64,000 nucleotides of DNA from the human T2T-CHM13v2.0 reference genome, Homo sapiens: the NCBI RefSeq assembly GCF_009914755.1, contig NC_060940.1; one strand, given 5' to 3'. Shown in pieces: positions 1 to 13,060 of the stretch (positions are counted from its first letter, which is position 1; every line of letters starts with the position of its first letter). The notes under the pieces were generated by a model. That model was not told the DNA's origin and ran no database searches. It was given only the letters and a program-made list of their open reading frames with translations. Position numbers and translations under genes: made by a program.

Positions 1-129
1 CTGTGCCCCCAGCACAGTGGCCAGTGCTGAGAGCCAGGCCCAGGCCTGCTGCATGGAGCTTCCCCACTGCTCTGCCCTCCTTGCTCCCTCCCTCCTTCCC
101 TCTGTTTGCCTTCCTGAGACCACCAGGGC

Positions 130-320
130 ATAGCTCTAGAGTCAGCAGGCCTGGGTTCAAATCCTGGCTATACACTTAGTAGCTCTGAGACTTTGGGGCA
201 AGTTCCCTAAAGTCTCAGTGGCCTCACGTGCCTCGCCTGTAAGGTGGGGATAATGGTGATGTCTGTCGCATTGGGCTGTTGTCAGCAGCATGAGTTCGTG
301 CGCCTAAAGGTCTAAAGTGC
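130..320 (+). mobile_element. MIR (representative; other copies near 14150, 20090, 39690, 47290, 52510 and 56000-56500)
   Basis: MIR core cctgggttcaaatcctggct...ttggggcaagt...ctgtaaggtggggataat. Confidence 0.7.
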
Positions 321-1325
321 TTAAGAGGGTGCCCCTCTTTCTCACCAATGCTGATTGGCACCGGCTAATTGCCAGGGTACCCAGCTTAGACTGGGTGTGG
401 TTCCTGCCGTCAAGGAGTGCACAGTGTGACCAGGGGACAGTTGAGCGCCCCAAACCCAGTGGCTGCACAGTCAGTGATGAGATGAGATCTGGGAGCCTGG
501 AGTGGGGTCAGGCCGAGGGGTGTGGGGTAACGGACACTTGGCATTTCCAGGCTCTGTGCGGTGCCTGGAGGAGGGAACAGCGGCTGTGGATAGAGACTGG
601 GGAGGTGGGTGAGGCTCTGAGCATAGGGGTAGGAGTTGGGAGAGGGGTGCACAGGGGAGCCTTTGGGGTGAGAAGGGCCTATCAGGCAGAGGGAGCTGCA
701 GGAGCAAAGGCCTGGAGGCTGAAGTGCCGGCGTGCTGTGTGGAGAGAGTGAGTGGCGTGATGTGGCCTGTGCTGGATGGTGGGACATGGGGGAGACGCCC
801 TGTGTGCAGGGTCCCTGGTGACCGATCTTACCCCCTTTCCAGTGTCATCTCCCTGCCATGCCCCACCATCCTGCACAGGCCACACCACACAGCTTGTTCT
901 CCCCACACAGCACAGGAGCACTCCAGCCTCCAAGAGGCTTGAAGGCTCGCCTGAGGAGGATAGGTAGTATCTAGTAGGAGTTAGGGCTGCCAGCTTCTTC
1001 CTGGAGCCCAGCCCCGCCCTAAGCCCACCTGGGTCCTTGTAGGGTCTTTTGGGGAGCTTGGCAAAGCCCAGGGCTGAACTCAGTGGCAGAAGGAAGACCA
1101 GGCCCAGGCATCCTGCCTCCCTGGAAGCCCAAGTGCGCTTGCTTCTGGAGGGGCAGACTTGGGACTGAGCTGTGGTCCATGGGCAGGACTCAACTGAGCT
1201 GAGAAGCCCAGGTGGGGTGTGGGAGAGGCCTAGGAGACCCGCATGTGACAGGTGGGACAAGTGGCCAGTTACTCAACTCATGTTTCTGAAGCTCAGACCC
1301 AAGCTGTCTTGGAAACAGGTAAGTG

Positions 1326-1326
<1 letters not shown>

Positions 1327-1379
<53 letters not shown>

Positions 1380-1506
1380 ACAGGTATGTGAGCGTAGGAT
1401 GTGCACGTATAGGGGTATACCTGTGTAGGTATGCGTGTGTGTAGGTACGTGTGTAGGGGTATGCGTGTGTGTGTGTGTGTAGGGGTATGTATGTAGGCAC
1501 GTGTGT
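1327..1506. repeat. (TG)25 microsatellite followed by a degenerate TG/TA-rich tract
   Basis: Pure TG run at 1327-1376, degenerate to about 1506. Confidence 0.95.
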
Positions 1507-3097
1507 CATGCCACATGAACAGTGCCTCAGAGAGCAATGAGGGCCCTTGGCAGTTATCAAACGGGTGTGGCTGAAGCAAGGTTGGCTTTGAACTCAGCGT
1601 GGGCGCCCGAGAATTGCTGGAGGGAAATGGCTTAGAGCTGCAGCAGCCAGGGTCAGGACGCCGTGCTGGGGCTCACTCCACTAGCATTTGTAGGCAGGTG
1701 CCTTTCCCTCTCTGGGGAGCTGAGCCTTCCTCCTGCCAGGCCAGCCAGGTGCCACCTTCCTGATGGTGGAAGGAGAGGTGGAGTTTGGCATGCCATGGAA
1801 CAGAATGGTCTTGTTTCCATAGAATCTTATGGATCTGAAAGGCCATTTGTGGAGCCCTTTCCTGCTGAACAGCATGCTTCCTAGAACTGTCTATCTGACA
1901 CTCAGCCAGCCTCTGCACACAGCCCTCCGGTGACCAGCTCACCACTTCGCGTCTCACATTCCCTGGGGTCAGACACTTCAGGTTGCTGAAAATGATAATA
2001 ATGAAATGATTGTTTCATTGATTATTGATTGAAATAATTATTTCAATGACTGTTAATCATTACAGCAAAAATAACAGCTACTACCATTGATTGAGCTTTT
2101 CCATGTGCCAGACAGTGCTCCAAGCATGGGTGTAAAGGACACCAGCATTTACCCTCCACTTCCTGTTTCCAATTCCCATAAGCAGACCTGACCACATGGC
2201 ACTGGGAGCAGGCAGTGTGTAGGGGAGGCGATCCTGGGGCGCAGGTGCGAGGAAGGAGGAAAGCCAGTGAAGGCTGGGTTCATCTGTGGGCTCTGCCTGC
2301 TGGAGAGCCTCCTAGGAGCCATGTAGCATGCGCTCAGATTTGTCCCAGGGAGGGGTGAGGAGGCCTGGCGTTTCCACTGCCTCCTGTCCCTCCCTTGTTC
2401 CGTTGCCTCTGGGCATTCCTTCCCAGGCTCTTCAGGGCTGCCCTGAGACAGAAAAGTGTACATGAGGTGGGAGGTCGGGAACTGTCCCCACCACAGCTGC
2501 AGGGAAACAGCTGGGCTGAGGGCATGTGGGTGGGGCATTTAATCTTCCCAGCAACCTCGTGGGAGAGAGGCTGTCATTTTCCATAATGTATACAAAGAGA
2601 AACTGAGGCACAGCAGAGGGCAGTGACATGCCCAGGGTCACACAGCTGTGGAGGGGCCTGCAGGGGCTGGATCCCGGGGCTGACCGACACCCGAACCCCT
2701 CATGCTCATGCTGTCCTACCCTGGCATCCTCCTGGGGCTCCCAAATTGCCGCTCCTTTGCCTTCTAGTTGCTTCTTGCCCTTGGTCCAAGTTCAGCTTTT
2801 CTGAGGCCACAGTGCCTCTTCTCAGAACCCCCTGTGTTTCCTTTGTCTTTGAAGACCCACAGACCACCAGGCACCCCTGCAGGCATCCCTCCCCAGGCCA
2901 AACCTCCCCTGCCCGGGCTCTGGCTGCCCTCCTGGGCCAGTTCTGTCTTGGCCAAAGTGCTCCCTGTCCACTCAAGGTCTGGGGAGGGCAGAGGACAGGT
3001 GGCCGCCCCTTGGCCTGGCCTCTAGGCCCAGGCTTCCACTACCCAGTCAGTGTTGCCACAGATAGGGGACCAGCCCCGCCCATCTCTCTGCATCCAG

Positions 3098-3193
3098 GAG
3101 CTCCAGTGCGACGTGTCCATGGAGGAGGACAGCCGGCAGGAGTGGACCTTCACCCTGTATGACTTTGACAACAACGGCAAGGTCACCCGAGAG
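3098..3193 (+). CDS. NKD1: NKD1 internal coding exon (ELQCDVSMEEDSRQEWTFTLYDFDNNGKVTRE), EF-hand/EFX Dishevelled-binding region
   Basis: Acceptor catccag|GAG and donor GAG|gtgagt; 96 bp, phase 0/0. The peptide matches Naked cuticle homolog 1, including the EF-hand loop DFDNNGKVTRE. Confidence 0.97.
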
Positions 3194-3819
3194 GTGAGTG
3201 CACCTGCCTGGCCTCTTGCCGTGTATCATACCCGCAGGCACAGGGCCTGGGCACAGCACCCTGCCACTGCCACTTCTCTCCCCTGCATCGGTCCTGCCCC
3301 TCAGGGAAGGCCGTAACAGCCAGGGAGTTGCTGGGAGCTCCTGCGAGATCTGGAGGGGCATCCCAGAGCTGCTGGCAAGTGGGAAGAGAAGACAGGGAGG
3401 GAAGGCAGCTCCCCTGCTCTCAGCCCAGGCACTGTCCCTCCCGGGAAAGAAGTTGGGGGGGGCAGGTGCAGAGCCCTAGGGCCTCTCTGGAGATGGCCCC
3501 AAGGCCCTAACCGAGTCCTGTCCTGCTTCCCTCTCTCCACAGTCCCAGAGCTCTAGGGGTGGGGCTGGCACCACCACAGGCCACCTCCCTTGCTCAGCCA
3601 TGCTGCCCAGGAGCTTGGGGGTGGGGGCACAAAGAGGCCACACAGCGCCTTGTTTTGAGGCTACAGGAATGAGCACCTCCAGTGCTAAGGGCCCTGCCAG
3701 TGGCTCTGCAGTCACAGCTCTGGTCACAGCCTCGTCCCAAACCTCTTCTTCCTTATCCCTCTGCAGGCCGGTCTCTCTCGCTCAGGGCCCTCCTCCTGCA
3801 GCTCTCTCCTTCCTGCCTG

Positions 3820-4320
3820 TGTCTTTGCATATTGAGCACCAACTGTATGCATCTGTTGGGTGCTAGGTACTAGGCATGAGGACACAGCAGGGAACAAAAC
3901 AGACACGTTCCTCGCCCTGGAGCTTTGACCTTCTGACAAGAGGCAGATCCAAACAATTGTAGGATAACTGTGAGCGGTGATGTGTTCAGTGAAGGAAATA
4001 AACAGGTGCTGGGACAGAGACTGGCTGGAAGGTCCAGGGGAGGCCTCCTGGAGGGTCCAGGGGAGGCCTCCTGAAGGAGGCGGCAAGGGAGCTGAGACAT
4101 GCAGCATGCACAGCCTTGGGGGAGTCCTGGGCAGGCAGACGCCAGGGGCTCAGGGTGTTTAAGGAACTGAAGGAGGTGGCCGTGGTGGCCAATCAGCAGA
4201 AGAGACACAGATGTGGCTGGGGATCCAGCAGGGCCAGACTTCTGGGGCCTTGGAGGCCCTGGCAGGCAACCTGGATTTGATTTCAGGTCCTGAGGGCACC
4301 GCTGGAGGGTTGGTATCCTT
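3820..4320. mobile_element. L2 fragment (others near 22720-23240, 26880-27250, 36930-37230 and 62420-62945)
   Basis: attgagcacc.actgtatgc...gacacagcagggaacaaaacagac...cctggagctt, typical L2 3' text. Confidence 0.6.
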
Positions 4321-6359
4321 CCTTACACTTCCTCATTCCTTTTCCTCCCCTGTCCCTCTCTGATGACCTGTCCCTCCCCGAGAGGACCCCATCTTCAGGC
4401 ACGAGACCTGTTATAGATCTGAGGTTACATGCACCTGCGCGGCGGTCGCAGGTTAGCACGTCTGGGCTCCACTTGCTTCTTGTCCAGCATGTGGGGGCCT
4501 CATGTTCCCAGAGAGACACTAAAGCTTTGCTGACTGGTCTCCTCATCCTGGGTCAGGACGAGTGTTTTCTTCTCTGTGGATAGGGCAGGAGAAGTTCACC
4601 TTTATGCTGCCATATGTGAATTCTGGGTTAACAAGGTCACCTCCTCCTCAGGCTGTGGTTTTCGGGCTGTTTCAACAGGTTGGAGGAGGAAGTTGTGACT
4701 TTTAAGCACCCAGGACTCTGACATGTAAGTGACAGAATACATGCTCCAACTGCTGTATTCGAAAAAAAAAAGAAATAGATTGGCTCATGTAACTGAAATT
4801 TGGTCCGGGGTCTGACTTTGGGGATGGCTTGACCCAGAGGCTCAGTGGCTTCAGGACAAGGTGTTCATCACTGCTCTGTTTCCTCAGTCTATTTCCTCTA
4901 TTCCTCAGCTCTATTTCCCTTCTTGTGAGGCAGACTCTCCCCTTGGCAGTAGCAAGATGATTGCTGACAGTTTCAACCTGCGTTGTCCTTCACTGCTTTG
5001 ATAATGAGAGGAAGGGAGAGAGGGTTTCCAAGGAAGGTGGCCCAGCCCGGCCCTGGAGAAAGTGTTCACTGGGTCATGTCTTCCTCCCACCGAGGAGCCA
5101 GGGAGTGGTTTTGAGTGGAGGGAGGACTGGTCTGGTGTTTCCCTGGTCTATTTTTAGCCCTGACGCCACCCCTCAAATTTGGCTGTAAATACAGTTCCCT
5201 TCCACGCCTTCTGAGTGCCAGGGCAGATGGGCTCCCACCTCACGGCATCTGCAGCCCAGAGCTGGGGTGTGGGCCAGCTTTCCAATCAGAAAGAAGACCT
5301 GCTCCCCCTTCAGGCGTTCGTTCATGCAGGAAATACTGAGCACACCGATTCCTACGTGTCTGCCCTGTGTAGTCAGTGAGGTTGATTTTCAAGCTAGAAT
5401 TGCCAAAGCACATAGGCTCTGAGACCCTCGGTCTGCTGGGACCACCCCCATCCTGATCACACACCAGGGCTCCAGGTCCTCTAAGGTATCAGAAGTTTGG
5501 GGGATGAAGTGAGCGGCCATCAGCTGCCTCATCTGTATAATGAAACCTCCTTCATGGGCTGCCCAAGATAGAGAGAGTGAGCAAATGGGGCCTTATGGAG
5601 AAGCCAGAGGGAAGAAAAGGAGGCACAAGGAGAGTCCTCTGCGGGCCTCGTCGAAAGAAGTGGGATCCCTCCCCGAGATGAGCAAGGCAGCTAGGGAGTG
5701 CCTGGAGCCTGGGTCTCAAACTTATGGCCCCCACAATTTCAATCTGGCCCCCAGATGTTCTGGTCTGGTCCCGCAAAGGGTTTTGTTAAAAATCAGTTGC
5801 CAAGATCAGCAATTTTGAAGATTTAACAGAAGATCCTGGATTTCTGGCTTTTCTGTGTGACCCCCTCCCACCTGCATTGTCAAAGGACAAGTCAACTGAG
5901 CTGAGCGGCCGTGCCTCCCAGGACAGGGTCAGCGCCTCTGTCGGCCCCCATTACTCTGGACCACTCACCCACATGCCTGCCTGGCTGGGGCTGCGCTGGG
6001 GTTGCCTCAGCTGCTTCAGCCTGTGGGACTTACAGGCAGGAGGTGAAGGATTGCTGGGCAGGTAACTGACCATGGATGGGGTTGCTTCATAGAGAAAAAA
6101 TGTCTTCTCCAGAGGTTTCCAATGCCATTTAAAGCAGGACATTGCCCTGCACCCCAACACCAGACAAGTGACCACAGCAGATACCCAGATAGAAAGGGCC
6201 TAGTGAGGAGAATCGGTGCCCTCCAGTCCCAATCAGAAGGGTTTGAGACACCTGGAAGACATTGTATGGACACCCCTGTTCTGGTTGAGGGGTACCTGAG
6301 GCTCGGAGAGGAGATGAGATTTGGTCAAGTTCTCACAAATTAGTTTTATCTTTTAGGGA

Positions 6360-7032
<673 letters not shown>

Positions 7033-7222
7033 AGGGACACATCTCCCTTTCCATTTTTCATTTCGAACCCGAAGCAGATGCTGTTGATGCCCCCACTCCA
7101 TTTTCCCTGGGTCCACCTCAAAGTTCACCTGCTGCCATGGTGGATGGTGCCCACTGTAAGAGCTTTCTCAGGTACAAGAAGTTGGCTTGGCCCCTGCAGG
7201 GAAGCCCAAAAGCACAAGGGAG

Positions 7223-7394
7223 GGTTGGGCACAGTGGCTCATGGCTCACATCTGTAATCCCAACACTTAGGGAGGCTGAGGCTGGAGGATCGCTTGGGAC
7301 TGGGAGTTCAAGTCTGCAGTGAGCCATGATCACACCCCTGCACTCCAGCCTGGGTGACAGAGTGAGACCCCCATCTCAAACAAACAAACAAAAA
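7223..7394 (+). mobile_element. Alu monomer (FLAM/FRAM-like)
   Basis: Single-arm Alu with an A-rich tail. Confidence 0.8.
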
Positions 7395-7798
7395 TCCAAA
7401 GTACAGGGAATGTAGTAGTATCCTTGGGGAGCTCTCAGGCAGTGAGGAATGAGAGTCCATTTCTAAACCCTCCCTCTATCTAGAAGAGGCTGTTCCAAGG
7501 TGGGCTCCACACACTCCCTCCAGGGCCCCAGTGCGACTGAGCCCCAGTTGTCCCTGGATGTAACCTGCCCTTTTCCTTTTCTCTTATGGGATTTTCCTGT
7601 TCTCTCTCCCTGCTCCCTCATTTCTGCTTCCTAGGATCTCCTCCCAAACGAACCTCAGACATCCAGGTTTCTGCCTTAGATCTGCTTTGGGGCAGCCAGA
7701 GGGGTTCAGGCCTGCAGCGTCCACCAGGCCCTCTGGTTTGTATTTTCAAGGCCCTGTGACTGAAACCCTGCATGGGTCTCCGCTTCCCTCCCATTCAG

Positions 7799-7946
7799 GA
7801 CATCACCAGCTTGCTGCACACCATCTATGAGGTGGTGGACTCCTCTGTCAACCACTCCCCAACATCCAGCAAGATGCTGCGGGTAAAGCTCACCGTGGCC
7901 CCCGATGGCAGCCAGAGCAAGAGGAGCGTCCTTGTCAATCAGGCTG
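7799..7946 (+). CDS. NKD1: NKD1 coding exon (DITSLLHTIYEVVDSSVNHSPTSSKMLRVKLTVAPDGSQSKRSVLVNQA)
   Basis: Acceptor cccattcag|GAC and donor G|gtgagg; 148 bp, phase 0/1; continues the frame of the previous exon. Confidence 0.97.
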
Positions 7947-8438
7947 GTGAGGGCTGCAGGGCTGAGCCTGGGAAACAATGTCCTCCCATCTCAGGAAGGA
8001 ACAGAGCCTTCCTGGGAGGGCCGGAAGGGAACCTGTGGGCTTTCTGGGGCAGCTGCTTTGTGGACAGGTGGGGTTCAAATGGGTCCTTGAAAGGGTAGGA
8101 GGAAGGGTGGGAAGGGGAGGGAAGGGATTCTGGGTGAGAGGCCTCATATAGGCAGAGCCATGCAGCTGGAGTGAAGGCTGGTGTTACGGGCAGCATGGCG
8201 TCTGCAAGCCTTGAGGCCAGCTGGAAGGAGGTGAGGCTGGAGGGGGAGTCTGGGGGAGGAGGTGAGGCTAGATGGGGATGTGTCCAGGGCAGGTAGCCTT
8301 GAGACCCCTTTATTTAGCCCCAGCTCAGGGAACCCTCCCACAGTGGCCTTGCAAAGCAGCTGCACGCCAGGCAGCCCTGGGGAGGGTGGGAGCAGGCAGC
8401 TCACCTGGTGTCTCCTGTGCTTCTCGGGCCGGACTCAG

Positions 8439-8523
8439 ACCTGCAGAGCGCAAGGCCCCGAGCAGAGACCAAGCCCACTGAGGACCTGCGGAGCTGGGAG
8501 AAGAAGCAGCGAGCCCCGCTCAG
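8439..8523 (+). CDS. NKD1: NKD1 coding exon (DLQSARPRAETKPTEDLRSWEKKQRAPLR)
   Basis: Acceptor actcag|AC and donor AG|gtatgt; 85 bp, phase 1/2; the phases fit both neighbouring exons. Confidence 0.95.
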
Positions 8524-9893
8524 GTATGTGGGCATGGTGCACATGAGCATATGTTGAGCACCAGCTGTGTACCTGCTTCTGAAGGATTCAGAGCAGGAAG
8601 TTTTGCTCTGGTCTGTGTTCTCTTCAGGGAGCCAACACTTTTGATGCACAGACTCATAAATCAAATGAAAATCTTAACAAATAACTACATGTAGTCCACA
8701 TCCTTTTATGGAACACATCTTGGGCAGACAGGACTGGAGGTCAGCATTTTTTGGGCTTTGGAAAGGTGCTCTCAGCAGTGCATCAGGCTCTGACGTGTTG
8801 CTGTTTCTGCTGGGAGATGACTGAATATTCACACTAAGTGAGATAAAGACCGTAAACACCTTCCCATCCCTTTAGGGTGGGCCTGGCTGCCACGTGGGTT
8901 ATGAAAACTCTTAGTTTTCAGGCTTTTTGGACTTCAGAATGGTGGATAAGGAATTATGAGGCTGTAGTTACCTTTCACCTGTTACTTCTTCAGCTGCAAG
9001 GGAGGAAGGGAGGAAAGGAAAGAGAGATTGTTTAAAGAAAGGGATTGAGTAAACAACAGTAACACGGCAGGCATAAGGCTGTGTTAACCTCTAGTGTGCA
9101 AATGGTAAGGGAATGATCGGAGCTGGATTAGTACTCGCTAGGGGAAAGAAAAAACAGTTCAAGCAGGGTCACAGCCAGGTGTGGGGACAGGGCTGAGAAT
9201 CAGAGGGACCCAGGCTGGCTAGAGATCCTGGGGGAAGGTGGTACTGTGTTGTGTGGGAAGGAAGCCAGGAGGGAGCAGATCGAAGAGGTCCTTGGAGGAG
9301 AGGGCTAGGGAGCCCCGAGCCCTGCAGGGGAAAAAGAAAGCCTCTGGCAGCATCTCTCCCCACCCCTCCATGCACACTGTGTAAGTCACACATGCATGTG
9401 CACACACACACTCACACACTGGTGAGGCCCATCCTGGGCCGTAGGGCAGGTCATGGGGTCTGCCTGGCCCAACCCCAACAGTTTAAGGGGATTCTGCTGC
9501 CCACACCCCCTGAGGAACCAGGCCAGGGGTTAGGCCGCCTACCTGCAGTGGGCACATATGGCTTGAAGCCTGGCACTGGGGCATTCCTAGAAGTTGACCA
9601 ATAACCTCTCACGTTTGCTTTGAACCTGTTCAGAGCAAAACCCCGTCCACTCCTCCCAGAAGCTGCGGGGAGGTCGGGCTGTGGGCTGTGGTCTATGGTC
9701 TGTCTCTCCATCGGCAAGGAGGGAAATGGAGGCACAGTTCGTATAGAGGACTGTTCCTCCCCACCCTCTCCAAAGGCCAAGAAGGAAATGAATGAAGGGT
9801 CCAGAGTTCATTCTGGGGGCTTCCTAGTAGCCTATGCGCTTGCCCCCACCTGGTGGTTGGTGTTATCCCACTCACTTGCCTCCCCTGCCGTAG

Positions 9894-10021
9894 GTTCCAG
9901 GGTGACAGCCGCCTGGAGCAGTCTGGCTGCTACCACCATTGCGTAGATGAGAACATCGAGAGGAGAAACCACTACTTAGATCTCGCCGGGATAGAAAACT
10001 ACACGTCCCAATTTGGGCCTG
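9894..10021 (+). CDS. NKD1: NKD1 coding exon (FQGDSRLEQSGCYHHCVDENIERRNHYLDLAGIENYTSQFGP), containing the conserved Naked ~30-aa motif
   Basis: Acceptor ccgtag|G and donor G|gtaagg; 128 bp, phase 2/1. CVDENIERRNHYLDLAGIENY is a conserved vertebrate Nkd motif. Confidence 0.97.
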
Positions 10022-10804
10022 GTAAGGGACTCAAGCACCCTGCAATGGGCGATGAGGGCAGGGCGTGGCTGGACGGGCCAGGCGGGCCGTGCGGGTGGTG
10101 TTCACTGCTACCCCAGGCTTCGGTAAGACAACTATTATGGGACAGGTCAAAGACTTCTTGGAGAAAGTGACGTTAAAAATGGTTTCAAAATTAAAGTAAT
10201 ACATGCACGAAATCGAACAAAATCCAATAGTATCTAAAGGCTTAGCACCCAATGACAAACAACAGTTTTGTGCCCCATCCCAGCCCACCCAAGCCCTGTT
10301 CCCGGGGCAACCACTTTGACCTCTCCTGGCTGTTTCTTCCAGCAAGAACCTCGGTTTCCCTAAGTACAGCACTACTGTGTCTTTATCAGCCTTGACATAT
10401 GTTGACCTCTTGCTCAATTTCACTCCCACAACTCCCTTCTCCCCTTTCTCTTCATATGTTTAATTCCTCTATGAGTTACTTCTGTATGTTTTTAGCAATA
10501 TACTTAGAGTTCTTTCTTGCCCCAGTGACCTTAGATAGTTTTCGGGGTCTCTGCTGCCATCTGTCTTTCTCGGCTCCCTCTCGGAGAGTATTTTTGAAGA
10601 CCTACCAAAGAACCAGTTCTTCCCACTTAGCAGATGGGAAAGTTCCATTTCAGAGAGTTTTCCTGCAAGGCAGTGAGGGGCAGTCAGGGCATTGGGGGGT
10701 AGCTCTGGTTTTGGAGAACTGGGGGCGGGGGTGATGTCTGGGGTATAGCGCAAGCCCCAGCACACAGTAGGTGCTCATTAAATGTCTGTTGAATTGGTTC
10801 CTAG

Positions 10805-11394
10805 GCTCCCCTTCCGTGGCCCAGAAGTCAGAACTGCCCCCCCGCACCTCCAATCCCACTCGATCTCGCTCCCATGAGCCGGAAGCCATCCACATCCCAC
10901 ACCGAAAGCCCCAAGGCGTGGACCCGGCCTCCTTCCACTTCCTTGACACCCCAATCGCCAAGGTCTCAGAGCTCCAGCAACGGCTCCGGGGCACCCAGGA
11001 CGGGAGCAAGCACTTTGTGAGGTCCCCCAAGGCCCAGGGCAAGAGTGTGGGTGTGGGCCACGTGGCCAGAGGGGCAAGAAACAAGCCCCCTCTGGGACCC
11101 GCCATCCCTGCGGTGTCCCCCTCCGCCCACCTGGCTGCCAGCCCGGCCCTCCTCCCCTCCCTAGCCCCCCTCGGGCACAAGAAGCACAAGCACCGAGCCA
11201 AGGAGAGCCAGCAGGGCTGCCGGGGCCTGCAGGCACCACTGGCCTCAGGTGGCCCTGTCCTGGGGCGGGAGCACCTGCGGGAGCTGCCCGCCTTGGTGGT
11301 GTATGAGAGCCAGGCCGGGCAGCCGGTCCAGAGACATGAGCACCACCACCACCATGAACATCACCACCATTACCACCACTTCTACCAGACATAG
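10805..11394 (+). CDS. NKD1: NKD1 last coding exon ending in the His-rich tail HEHHHHHEHHHHYHHFYQT*
   Basis: Acceptor ttcctag|GC; 590 bp closes the frame at TAG 11392-11394; the poly-His C-terminus is typical of Nkd proteins. Confidence 0.97.
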
Positions 11395-12624
11395 AGCCCC
11401 TCCCCAGGGCCCCACCCTGCCATATGAAGGACCCCACCCCCGACACCACAAGGCATTATTATTCTATTAATTATTGTTATTATGATGATTATTGTTATTA
11501 ATAATTATTGTTACTCCACTAATATTTAGCTAGCCTACATGTAGAAGATCTATGGAAACACAGAACTAAACTTTTATTTATATGTTGTGGGGACTGCATA
11601 ACTAGCCCAGGAAATGACTCTGGTTTTGAGTGGCCTGTAATGGGCAGAGGCTCCCTCGGGGCTCGGGATCTGCAGCATCTATGTGGATCAGCCCACACCC
11701 TTCCCAGAGCCAGGGAGCCCTTAGCCTCAACTCTGCCCCACCCCAGCCTCTTCCAGGAGAGCACCCTTACTTGGCCCGGCTTCCAGAGACCCTCGAAATC
11801 TCCGAGAAGATAAACAGCTGCTACCTCTTAGTATTATTCTGATTTTATTTTGCCCTTAACTGATTGTTATATGCTACAAGGGATTTCAGTGGACTGCAGA
11901 GTGCGAACGTCTTGCTGTTGTGTTTTTATGTCCCAACCTAGAAACCTTAGCTGTCTTTTCTGGAGTTGTCTTTCATGCTTTTCCAGTGGGATCAAGCCCT
12001 TTTCCCCAAGAGTCCCATCTCTTCTGCCATGCACGACATGAAAATCCACTTCTCTTCCTTCTCCTTCTTCTCTCTCTACTTTACAGTGATACACACACGT
12101 ATTTAAGGACTATCCCTGAGACCATCCTTCTCATTTTGGAAACTGCTAGGGAGGGAACCAACCACTTAAACAAGCGTGGTTTTCCAAGATCCAGGCAATT
12201 GTGTGCTGTTGGTTGTGGTGGAGGATGTGGCACATATATACGTACCTACACGGTTCTCTAACAGAGCTTTCTGTATCTATAGATAGATGCCATCTGTCCA
12301 TTTCTATGTATCTTTCTATAAATATACACTCTCAGGTATCTTTTCTGGTGTGTATAAATCAGTGGTTTGCTTCCCTGGATGCTTCTGGAACCCAGATGTG
12401 ACCCTGCTTGTCTCCTTTTGGGGCTGGACGGCTCTCAGATGCTTTCATCAGAGGTCCATTCTCGGGTTTTGGGGTCTGATGGATTTTGGAGAGAACTGCT
12501 GGGGTACAGAAACTTGGTGGGAAAAGGGGACTGTGGCCAGAGTTGGGACCCTGGAGCAGCATCCTCTGCAGAGAAGGATTTTGTCTGGCCAGAGCCTGGA
12601 GAAACCTGAAAAAGAACCAGTCAG

Positions 12625-13060
12625 CTAGCCAGGGTCTCAGAGAAAAGCAGATTACACACTCAAATTGGGTAATTTGAGCAGAGCTTAATAAAGGCAGTAT
12701 TTACAAAGTGTGGGCTAAGCCTCCCATGAGAGTGCAGAACCCTGGGGCTAGCAGTGTGGGGCGCTATTCCCACCCCTGGGCCTGAGTGGGGAAGGAGTTA
12801 TCTTTAGCAGACAGAGGATTGCTGGAGGAGTGAGAGGGGCACCTGAAGGAGCTGTGACCTTTGCTTAAAGGATGCAGCCAGTCATGGGGACCCTCCAGGG
12901 AAATTAATATCCTGACCTGCTTTCCTGCCCCCCAGCCCCCTCAATCCATTGGCTGAGGCCGCTGGAAGCCACCGGGCCAAGGGAGCTTGTTGATGTGGGT
13001 CACACGGGCATGTTCCCAGGTCAGAGAGGAGAGTGGAGAGTGAATCTAGGGAGACTCAAG
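12625..13060 (-). mobile_element. Old ERVL-class LTR (LTR41-like) in the NKD1 3'UTR
   Basis: cacactcaaattgggtaatttgag...ttaataaagg...tatttacaaag resembles the reversed LTR41 end; subfamily uncertain. Confidence 0.45.

Noticed and set aside
1172-1579. VCVC/THTH ORFs, and the similar ones near 50 kb and 62.5 kb (ISSHL)
   Set aside because: Translations of microsatellites.
4031-4073. 23-bp-period tandem duplication (ggtccaggggaggcctcctg x2)
   Set aside because: Ordinary slippage duplication inside an L2 remnant.
10650-11449. 183-aa and 223-aa - strand ORFs
   Set aside because: Antisense shadows of the GC-rich NKD1 last exon.
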